Assembly (NCBI RefSeq): GCF_000012285.1
Contig: NC_007181.1
Coordinates: 630,001-662,000, forward strand
Length of the DNA stretch: 32,000 bases
Direction: 5' to 3'
Origin: Sulfolobus acidocaldarius DSM 639
GTDB taxonomy: Archaea; Thermoproteota; Thermoprotei_A; Sulfolobales; Sulfolobaceae
Part shown: in pieces, positions 18,804-26,353 of the stretch
Layout of the letters: every line of letters starts with the position of its first letter
How positions within the stretch are numbered: position 1 is the stretch's first letter
Notes under the pieces: model-generated
Databases searched by the model: none
What the model saw: only the letters and a program-made list of their open reading frames with translations
What the model was told of the DNA's origin: nothing
Made by a program: the position numbers and the translations under genes

Positions 18804-18852
18804 CCCTACTGGCTCTCAAGGCCAGCCCCTTGGACCGCTCGGGCACCCCGGC
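18769..18852 (-). tRNA. tRNA-Ser (anticodon UGA)
   Basis: The cloverleaf was folded by hand. The acceptor stem is GCCGGGG/CCCCGGC and the D-arm is CCC-GAGCGGTCCAA-GGG. The anticodon stem CTGGC/GCCAG carries the loop CUUGAGA, giving anticodon UGA. There is a long variable arm, the T-arm is GTGGG-TTCAAAT-CCCAC, and the discriminator is G. It has no intron and no encoded CCA. Confidence 0.92.
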
Positions 18853-18879
18853 AGCATTATATAGATACTTTTTCACCCT

Positions 18880-19443
18880 TTAATACTTAACCGCTAGAAC
18901 TAGTGAATAACCCTTGGCTCTCTTATAAACCTTCACTTCATTTAGAAACTTAGAAAATTCCGTAATAACATTTGCCTCTCCCTTATATACCACTACCTCT
19001 ATTATTCCTCCAATTTCCAAACGTCTTCCTGCTTCTTCAGAAAGTCTTTCTATGAATTCTTTTCCTGCTTTTAAGGGAGGATTAGAATAAATTCCATTAA
19101 ATTTTAGATCATTTGGCACATTTTCAAACAGATTACTTTTAATCACTGTTATTCTATTACTAAGATTGTATTTACTAACATTTTTCGACGTAAAGTATAT
19201 TGCTTTCTTATCAACATCGATCATGTAGACTTTAAGGTTCTGGTTTACAAGAGCAATGTATATACCTATTGGTCCATATCCACATCCTATATCGGCTACA
19301 ATTCCATGGTTAGGCAAAACTAAGTTCTCTAGCAAGATTCTTGTACCTAGATCTAGCTTATCTTTGGAAAATAAACCTCTACTACTTTCCAGGCTTAGAG
19401 GTATTCCGTTTACTACATCATTCACTATTATCTTTTCGCTCAT
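18880..19443 (-). CDS. Class I SAM-dependent methyltransferase (MTS 'small domain' type, RsmC/RsmD-like N-methyltransferase)
   Basis: 187 aa. SAM-binding motif I is VADIGCGYGPIG and motif IV is IYSNPPLKAG (NPPx, typical of N-methylating enzymes). The start lies 1 nt after the cbf5 stop. Confidence 0.75.
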   Translation of the reverse strand: MSEKIIVNDVVNGIPLSLESSRGLFSKDKLDLGTRILLENLVLPNHGIVADIGCGYGPIGIYIALVNQNLKVYMIDVDKKAIYFTSKNVSKYNLSNRITVIKSNLFENVPNDLKFNGIYSNPPLKAGKEFIERLSEEAGRRLEIGGIIEVVVYKGEANVITEFSKFLNEVKVYKRAKGYSLVLAVKY

Positions 19444-19444
19444 C

Positions 19445-20205
19445 TCATTTCCAACTTTTTGGGTATATGTCTCTTTCCATAAAAATTCTTTTAGGCCTTA
19501 TAACTTCGCCTTTTTTACCAGATTCTAATTGCTTACTTTCTACAATACTCTCTCCTATAGCCACAAGTTCACCCTTAAGAGTTAGAACCGCTACGTCTTG
19601 ATTTTTACGAAAGTTCTGATAAGCCAGTATACCAGGTAGGTTTAATTTAGCCCCATATGTTATTGCGTTTACTGCCGTATCGCTCACTATAACTTTTGGA
19701 ATTCCGCACACCCCGTACTCCATAGGGAGCAGAATTCTTCTCAACTCACTTTCATCTTTACAGTTTCTGTATAGGTATAATGATTCTGAAACTTCTTGGA
19801 GTGTAACCATATTAGTTTTTTCTGTAAATATACCAGACCTAATTCTTCTCAACTCTCTCATATGTGAACCACAGCCTGCTATAACACCCACATCATGACA
19901 CAATTTTCTCATATAAGTTCCTGCGTCAGACTGGACTCTTAGTAGTATTAGTTTATCCTGCATATCTAAAATATCGATAGCATAAATTCTCCTTTTTCTT
20001 ATCCTTCTTTTCACTGAGGATCTTACTGGCGGTTTCTGATATATTTCACCTACGAATTGACTTATTATTTCTTTTAACTCCTTTTGGTCTACATTACAGT
20101 GCATTTGCAATAAGCAAATGTATTCCTTTCCACTCTTACTTATGTAATTCATTAATTTTGTTGCGTTCTCTAATCCTATCGGTAATACTCCTGTAACCTT
20201 GGGAT
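19445..20205 (-). CDS. cbf5: Cbf5 / TruB-family pseudouridine synthase (box H/ACA RNP catalytic subunit), exon 2
   Basis: The frame reads (D)[35 protein letters not shown]... through the C-terminal PUA-like region. The supplied ORF (19445..20152) is only its Met-initiated part. When joined to exon 1 the total is 1005 nt (334 aa). Confidence 0.88.
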
Positions 20206-20227
20206 TTCCCCACCCGTTATACGGGTT
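20206..20227 (-). other. 22-nt bulge-helix-bulge (BHB) intron within the cbf5 mRNA
   Basis: Removing these 22 nt restores [12 protein letters not shown]. The boundaries can slide by 1 nt because both junctions are flanked by A. The hand fold gives a central helix CCCU/GGGG and 3-nt bulges AGA and AAA on opposite strands. The intron hairpin is ACCCG-UAUAA-CGGGU. Confidence 0.8.
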
Positions 20228-20471
20228 CTAGGGTTCCTCCATGTCCTGCTTTGGTAATGTTAAAAAGCTTTTTTACCCAATAAGCTACCTCATGGCTTGT
20301 TGGACCAGGTGGTTTATCTAAATTGATTATGGAGTTTTTTATCAAAGATTCGATTGGTCTCTTATCTGCATAATAGCCAAATTTCTCTTCAGTGTCTTCT
20401 TCTCTCAAGATTTTCCATCTATTTTCATAACTACAAAAAGAATCTATCTTGTTTATAAATTCATAAATCAT
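20228..20471 (-). CDS. cbf5: Cbf5 / TruB-family pseudouridine synthase, exon 1
   Basis: The N-terminal part ends ...WVKKLFNITKAGHGGTL. The EPV-stop tail of the supplied ORF (20217..20471) is read-through into the intron. Confidence 0.88.
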
Positions 20472-20472
20472 A

Positions 20473-20763
20473 CTAAATCACAGGTATTTTCGGTTTAACT
20501 GCCTCTTTTATAAAATCAGTCAAACCTGATTGCTCTATAGCCTGTTTTACCTCTTGATCCGTTGCTCCTTTATTTATTTCTACTTTCTTGTCTGTTGGTT
20601 CAATATGAAGTATATTGACTCTTCTCCTTTTGACTCCATTAATCTCTTTTGGTCCTGTTACTAGAACAAAATTACTATCTATAATATCTACAATTACACA
20701 TTTTTTACCAGCTTCTCTGCCTCTAGTTTTTACACAAATCCTACCAATCTCTATTGCAGGCAT
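20473..20763 (-). CDS. rpl14e: Ribosomal protein L14e (eL14, KOW-like)
   Basis: 96 aa. The N-terminus MPAIEIGRICVKTRGREAGKKCVIVDIID, the KRRRVN segment and the size match archaeal L14e. Confidence 0.85.
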   Translation of the reverse strand: MPAIEIGRICVKTRGREAGKKCVIVDIIDSNFVLVTGPKEINGVKRRRVNILHIEPTDKKVEINKGATDQEVKQAIEQSGLTDFIKEAVKPKIPVI

Positions 20764-20807
20764 ATTCTACCTAACCTAAAAAACAAGAGTTGTATAAAAA
20801 TATAAAC

Positions 20808-23543
20808 TTACTGCCAGTACTTGCGTGTTCTTAAAAACTTTCTTTCCTCCTCAAGTAGACTCTCAAAAAACCTGTCCTCTCCATCGCTGAGCTTATTAAG
20901 GACTTTCCCAATGTTATTTATTCCTACTCCTCTTGCACTCAATCCTATGGCAACATATTTTTTGTAAGTTGAAAACATTGATGAAATATTCTGAAGTATT
21001 TCAAATTTCTTTTTTTCGTTCTTCGAGATCTTTGAACCTTTAATGACCTTTTTAATAATTTCCACACTTTCTTTATCATCCTCATCAGTTACGGTTAAGA
21101 ATATTGAGCCACACTTGGTACACCTATCCGGTACCTCAGCAGCATAATATATATTATTCCACCCGCACACCATACAAATTATTTTAACCTTATTATTTAA
21201 CAATTTACGTCTAAATATCTCTATCATTACTCCTTTTTCATCTGAATGTGCTGCAACAAATAGTTTGTTAAGGAATTCTTTAGCTAGTGGGGAGAAGCCT
21301 GGTACTTCTATACATTCCCAAGTAAGTCGAGTTAGGAATTCCCTAAGTGTTACATCATAGTTTTTATACATAAGTTCTTTCACTGCTTCTTCTCCAACTA
21401 AGGTATCAGTATAAGCTTTAAGGAGAGTCTGGGAGAATGTTATATCGGTTTTTTGTTTGTCTATAAGACCGAATCTTTCCGCCTCAATCAAGAGTTTCCA
21501 TTTATACTGTGGACTTTCTTTTATAGCCCTCTTCAGAAGGTCTTCAAATTCACTAGAACTTAGACTATTTAGTATTTTTATTGCCTTTGTAAATTCCTCC
21601 TTTGATACTGGAACTAAGGAGGCTATTGCTATATGATAGGGATCAGACCTATACGTAGTTCTCACTCCTTTTACTTGGGTTAATAAAAGTGATAATAACG
21701 CACCTAGGGTATTATTACCTCTACTTCCTAATCCTGCATGTAAAACTATTAGATCATTATTTATTTCTACAAGGATTTTACTTTTAGTTGGAACAGGGTA
21801 TCCTCGCCTTTTTTGTTCTTCTAGTAACGAAGAGATCTTTTCAAGTATTTCTTTCGGTAGGTCTATTTGATCTCCTCTTTCTATTCTTTCAATATAATCA
21901 TACACCTTAATGGAAATTTCTCTTTCAACTGGAATTGACTCACCAAACCAGCTTGGCAAGACTCCGCTTTTCAGTTGTGCGTTTTCGACATAAATACGAT
22001 TTTCCTCTATTGATACTACTCTCCAAATTTTTCCTCCCAGTATGAATACGGTATTTTCATCCAGTGTAGCCACGAATTCATAGTCTAACGTTCCTATTTT
22101 AGTGTTAGAAATATGGTCTATGACTATGTAATCTTTTATAGAGTCTGGTATCATATTCGTACTATAATAATATCTCCATAATCTTCCTGCCGGTGATATC
22201 TTATCTTTATTCTTTCTAATTATTCTTGCAGATTCAAGTATACTTAATGTTTCTTCAAATTCCTCTTCTGTTAAGTCGTTGTATTGAAATGATGATTTGA
22301 TTAAGTTAAAGATTTCTTTCTTATCTGTAATGCCTTCTAGTACTAGACCTGCAATTTCGTGTGCCATAACATCATAAGGTTTAGGTTCTACTATTGGTTT
22401 TTCTAGGTATCCTTCCTTTAAATTGTCAATTATACTTTTACATTCTAATATGTCAAAAATATCATGAGAAGGTAATAGAAAACCACTAGAAACTTTATTT
22501 ATTGAATGTCCACTTCTTCCAATTCTTTGTACAAGTCTTATAACTTGCTTTGGAGAGGTATATTGAATTACTGCATTAATTGTTCCTACATCTATTCCAA
22601 GTTCTAAGCTTGAAGTGGCTATTAATGCGTCAAGATTGCCAGTCTTAAATTCTTTTTCAGCTTCTAATCTTATTTCTCTCGATAGAGAGCCATGATGTGT
22701 TCTCACTTTTAGTTGAGACAATTTTGACAATTCGGAGGCTAGAAATTCTGTACTCTCTCTAACGTTAGTGAAAACAAGAACTGGTTTATTCTCTTTTATC
22801 AATTTTTCAAGTTCTCTTATTCTAGCCAGCGTATCTGGATGTAAGCCTGTCTTATATGATAACTCAGCAAGATCCTTTGAAACTGTTGGTATGACCAACT
22901 CTATTTTTACATCTTTTCTGGTATTGTATTCGGCGACCTCTACGTTCCTTCCAATAAACCTCTTCGCTAATTCAATATCGCCTATTGTTGCTGAAAGTCC
23001 AATCAGTTGAATCTCATACTTACTTAACCTCTTTAATCTTTGAATAGCTAAAAGTAATTCATAACCCCGTTTCTCATCAAGCATTTCTTGTAATTCATCT
23101 ATAATGATCCATCTTATATTTCCTAATAATTCTCTCATTTTCTGGTTTACTAGTAAATAGAGCAATGTTTCAGGTGTTGTTAGAAGTAAATCAGGTGGAT
23201 CTTCCAAGATCCTTTTTCTTTGCCTCTCCGTTGAATCTCCGTGTCGAATCGCTATTTTTATTCCTAATGCGCTACCTATCCTACTTAATCTATCTTCAAG
23301 ATCTCTATTTAATGCTCTTAATGGAGTAATATATATAGCAGAAATTTTCTCAGCATTTGAGCTTAGTATTTTATAAAAAACTGGGAAAATAGCAGTTTCT
23401 GTTTTTCCAAAGCCAGTCGGTGCAATAACAATAGTGTTCTTACCCTTGAGTATAATTGGTATTCCTATTTTTTGTATAGGGGTAAGACTCTTATAGCCAA
23501 GTTCGTTCAACTTATTGATAAATGTCTGAGAAACACTTATCAT
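20808..23543 (-). CDS. Lhr-type superfamily 2 helicase (DEAD/DEAH core plus DEAD/H-associated domain) with C-terminal zinc ribbon
   Basis: 911 aa. Motif I is APTGFGKT, motif II is IIDELQ, motif III is LSAT and motif VI is QRIGRSGH. A long Lhr-like extension follows, and the C-terminal segment CMVCGW...CTKCGS is a 4-Cys ribbon. Confidence 0.8.
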   Translation of the reverse strand: MISVSQTFINKLNELGYKSLTPIQKIGIPIILKGKNTIVIAPTGFGKTETAIFPVFYKILSSNAEKISAIYITPLRALNRDLEDRLSRIGSALGIKIAIRHGDSTERQRKRILEDPPDLLLTTPETLLYLLVNQKMRELLGNIRWIIIDELQEMLDEKRGYELLLAIQRLKRLSKYEIQLIGLSATIGDIELAKRFIGRNVEVAEYNTRKDVKIELVIPTVSKDLAELSYKTGLHPDTLARIRELEKLIKENKPVLVFTNVRESTEFLASELSKLSQLKVRTHHGSLSREIRLEAEKEFKTGNLDALIATSSLELGIDVGTINAVIQYTSPKQVIRLVQRIGRSGHSINKVSSGFLLPSHDIFDILECKSIIDNLKEGYLEKPIVEPKPYDVMAHEIAGLVLEGITDKKEIFNLIKSSFQYNDLTEEEFEETLSILESARIIRKNKDKISPAGRLWRYYYSTNMIPDSIKDYIVIDHISNTKIGTLDYEFVATLDENTVFILGGKIWRVVSIEENRIYVENAQLKSGVLPSWFGESIPVEREISIKVYDYIERIERGDQIDLPKEILEKISSLLEEQKRRGYPVPTKSKILVEINNDLIVLHAGLGSRGNNTLGALLSLLLTQVKGVRTTYRSDPYHIAIASLVPVSKEEFTKAIKILNSLSSSEFEDLLKRAIKESPQYKWKLLIEAERFGLIDKQKTDITFSQTLLKAYTDTLVGEEAVKELMYKNYDVTLREFLTRLTWECIEVPGFSPLAKEFLNKLFVAAHSDEKGVMIEIFRRKLLNNKVKIICMVCGWNNIYYAAEVPDRCTKCGSIFLTVTDEDDKESVEIIKKVIKGSKISKNEKKKFEILQNISSMFSTYKKYVAIGLSARGVGINNIGKVLNKLSDGEDRFFESLLEEERKFLRTRKYWQ

Positions 23544-23583
23544 AAACTACATAATAACCTTATTTCTGAGACTAATATAAGAT

Positions 23584-25284
23584 ATGTTGAGAAAACACGT
23601 TATAATAATAGTCTTTTTAGTCCTTGAATTTCTCATATTTACGTATTTAGTTAATACTGGATATTTGAATATTTCAAATATAAACCTATATATATTCACT
23701 TTATATCTCATAAGTGTTATTATAGCTATAAATGGAATAATAATCTTTATTTTGACTGGTTCCTTAATTATTTCATTTTCCTATTTTCCTGTCCAATTAT
23801 TCATTTATCAGCTTATAGCAGGTAATATTACAATTTCATTTCTAACAGATGTTCTATTGCCGAGTCTAATAGGATATTTTTATCTTTTATTTTTCATTTC
23901 AATAATTACGTGGATTATAAGAAGGAATATATCAGATTCATGGTTGGATCAGATAAGAACTTACGGTCACAAGTTTTCTATCAAGAGACTCGCTATTTCT
24001 TTGGTCATAAGTTTAGTTGAATTAATTCTTCTTAAAAATTATTATTTATTTTTTGGTTCACTCCTTTCTTCTATAGGTTTTTCATTTTTTGGAGAGATTA
24101 CAGATGTTCCGTTGGTTCTTCTTTCATGGATAATCTTTCCTTATTCGATTTCTCCAAAAATTCGGACTGAAAATAAGGGTATATGCATAGGTAAAATAGT
24201 TGGAGTTTTATCTAAGGGTAGTATCCTAGATTCTTCTTTAGGGAATATCACAACAACTTCTAAGTACAAATGGATAAAATTAAATCAGGATTTTTGTGTT
24301 AACTTTAGTAATTCTAAAAATTTCAACTCAATAATTATAGGTACAAGCGGATCGGGCAAGTCAAGTCTGGCTACTCTGATTTCAAAAAAGCTTAACGTGT
24401 CATTTACCATATTTGATCTTCATGGAGAATATTCTATTCCTAATGCAGTTAAGATTGATATGTCAAAAGTTACCATAAATCCACTAAGTCTATTTGGTCG
24501 AAGTCCAAAGGAAAGAGCATTAGAAGTAAGTTACATGCTCAAGAGTCTCTTTAATCTAGGCAATATCCAGACAATTGAGCTATCTAACCTAATACTTGAG
24601 GCTTATATGGAGAAAGGAATAGATCCTGATGATATGGACACATGGAAGAATCCTACGCCAAATTTTAGGGATTTGCTTCTCTTGCTCGAACGTAAGAAAA
24701 AAGCTGCCATAACTTCGCAGGATATATCCAAATATCAGTCAATAGAACCTTATTTGATATTTCTTTCCTCCACAATATTTACCCAAAATAACGTCAATAT
24801 TATTGATATCCTAGAAAAGAATTGTGTACTTGATTTTTCTACTATACCAACCAATGAGGTTAAACACATAGTAATGGAGACTATTCTTAAGGGAATACAG
24901 AGCTACATGTATTTGGAGAAGTTTCCTGATATAAGGAAAATGATAATCATAGATGAAGCACCATTTCTGCTGAGTAAAGATTCATCAAGGGAGTTGATTA
25001 ATAGATTATTTTCAGAAGGGAGAAAGTTCGGGTTTGGTTTTGTGGTAATTTCGCAAACAGTAGATTATGTCAAAGATCTGTTTGGAAATGCATATCTCAC
25101 TTTTGTATTAAATGTATTAGAACCTAGAGAATCAGAATATTTAAGTAGATATTTTGGTGGACAAGATAACGATATGTATTTAGCTGTATATGAGACTTTA
25201 CAAAAATTACCCAGAGGATTTTTTATTGTAAGGGATTTATTAGGTAGATTTATATATTTAGTTCAGGCTGACTTTGGTGAGTAA
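23584..25284 (+). CDS. Polytopic-membrane-anchored HerA/FtsK/VirB4-family P-loop ATPase (possibly CedB-like)
   Basis: 566 aa. The first 190 aa or so form about 7 hydrophobic helices. Then come Walker A GTSGSGKSS (24340-24363), the HerA-type FDLHGEY, Walker B KMIIIDEAPF (24940-24957) and EGRKFGFGFVVISQ. Confidence 0.75.
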   Translation: MLRKHVIIIVFLVLEFLIFTYLVNTGYLNISNINLYIFTLYLISVIIAINGIIIFILTGSLIISFSYFPVQLFIYQLIAGNITISFLTDVLLPSLIGYFYLLFFISIITWIIRRNISDSWLDQIRTYGHKFSIKRLAISLVISLVELILLKNYYLFFGSLLSSIGFSFFGEITDVPLVLLSWIIFPYSISPKIRTENKGICIGKIVGVLSKGSILDSSLGNITTTSKYKWIKLNQDFCVNFSNSKNFNSIIIGTSGSGKSSLATLISKKLNVSFTIFDLHGEYSIPNAVKIDMSKVTINPLSLFGRSPKERALEVSYMLKSLFNLGNIQTIELSNLILEAYMEKGIDPDDMDTWKNPTPNFRDLLLLLERKKKAAITSQDISKYQSIEPYLIFLSSTIFTQNNVNIIDILEKNCVLDFSTIPTNEVKHIVMETILKGIQSYMYLEKFPDIRKMIIIDEAPFLLSKDSSRELINRLFSEGRKFGFGFVVISQTVDYVKDLFGNAYLTFVLNVLEPRESEYLSRYFGGQDNDMYLAVYETLQKLPRGFFIVRDLLGRFIYLVQADFGE

Positions 25285-25286
25285 TT

Positions 25287-25604
25287 ATGTCTGAGGACGA
25301 TTCTAAAAAGGAGCCTGAGCCAGAGGAAACTGAGGCAGAAATAAAGCATGAAGAAATTAGCAGAGAAGAGGATGACGAGGGGGGAGAGTTTTCTACAGTT
25401 ACTATTTCAGATATCGAGATGTTACTAAAAGATACAGAAATATGGGACAAACTGTTAAGGAACGAATTAAGTATTGAGGAAGCTAAAAAAATGTTTGATG
25501 ATGTAGCTAGGTCGTACTCAAAAGCCGATAAGAAGAAAAGAAGAGTAGAGAAAAAGCCTAAAAAAGGAAAAGTGACTAAGAAATCTGATGAGGAAGAAGA
25601 ATGA
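25287..25604 (+). CDS. rpo13: Small charged protein, probably RNA polymerase subunit Rpo13
   Basis: 105 aa with an acidic N-terminal tail and a short helical core (ISDIEMLLKDTEIWDKLLRNELSIEEAKKMF). The C-terminal tail is Lys-rich (KKKRRVEKKPKKGKVTKK). From memory, this architecture, size and position directly upstream of PCNA1 match Sulfolobus Rpo13. A GGTGA Shine-Dalgarno-like motif lies at 25276-25280. Confidence 0.55.
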   Translation: MSEDDSKKEPEPEETEAEIKHEEISREEDDEGGEFSTVTISDIEMLLKDTEIWDKLLRNELSIEEAKKMFDDVARSYSKADKKKRRVEKKPKKGKVTKKSDEEEE

Positions 25605-26353
25605 TTAAAGCAATATATGGTAGTGCTAAAGATTTTTATGATATTATTCAAGGCGTATCTAATGTAACAGATTCTATAACTTTATACTTTACCGAAGAGG
25701 AAGTAATGTCAAGATACTTAACTGAAGATAAAACATTGATGGTTTTACTCAAAATATCCAAGGAGTACATGGAAGAATATATTATAGAAAAACCACTGGG
25801 GATAAAAATACAATTAAATGAATTGAAGAAAGTTCTTAATAAAGCTAAGAGTAAGAGCGCAGTAATAAATATAGAAGAGACAGATGCTGGGATGAAGATA
25901 ACAGTAAGAGATGAAAAAACTGGACTTAAGAGTTCTATTTACCTCAAGGGCGAGAAAATAACCAATATAGAAAATGTGGTTGAACCAAAAGTTGGCTTAA
26001 CTATATCTTTCACTTGCAGTGGAAATATAATAAAAAATGTTGTGGACGAAGCCAGTAGTATAAGTGAGCAGATTCAGATTGAAGGTGATGATAACCAAAT
26101 AATCTTTAGCACAGAAGAGAGTGGAAGAGGGTACAAAGCTTATTTGGTGATGGATAAGCCTCTAAAGGGGCTTGAAATACAATCAAGTGGAAAGTCAACA
26201 TATGGCGTTGAAGTACTAAAAACTGCACTTAAGGCTTCTGCATTCTCTGAAAACTTAACAGTTAGATTTGGAAATAATATTCCGATGAAAATAGAAGCTC
26301 CAGTACAGTCTGGTGGTCAGCTTATATTCTGGATAGCACCCAGATTATCGTAG
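25601..26353 (+). CDS. pcn1: DNA polymerase sliding clamp PCNA (PCNA1-type subunit of the heterotrimeric crenarchaeal clamp)
   Basis: 250 aa with end-to-end resemblance to Sulfolobus PCNA1 as recalled (NVTDSI, RDEKTG.KS.IY.K, IFWIAPRL C-terminus). The ATG overlaps the upstream TGA (ATGA). Confidence 0.85.
   Translation: MIKAIYGSAKDFYDIIQGVSNVTDSITLYFTEEEVMSRYLTEDKTLMVLLKISKEYMEEYIIEKPLGIKIQLNELKKVLNKAKSKSAVINIEETDAGMKITVRDEKTGLKSSIYLKGEKITNIENVVEPKVGLTISFTCSGNIIKNVVDEASSISEQIQIEGDDNQIIFSTEESGRGYKAYLVMDKPLKGLEIQSSGKSTYGVEVLKTALKASAFSENLTVRFGNNIPMKIEAPVQSGGQLIFWIAPRLS

Noticed and set aside
20217-20226. Alternative 10-nt intron in cbf5 using only the ACCCG/CGGGU hairpin
   Set aside because: A 10-nt excision also restores the frame. 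However, it would insert GWGN into the invariant GTLDPKVTG motif (giving GTLDGWGNPKVTG) and does not fit a two-bulge BHB geometry. The 22-nt solution fits both.
25250-25651. 133-aa Ser-rich minus-strand ORF opposite the Rpo13-like gene
   Set aside because: It is the complement of a GAA/GAG/AAG-rich coding sequence, which yields Ser, Phe and Leu runs. The plus-strand gene has a Shine-Dalgarno-like motif and ATGA coupling to PCNA1.
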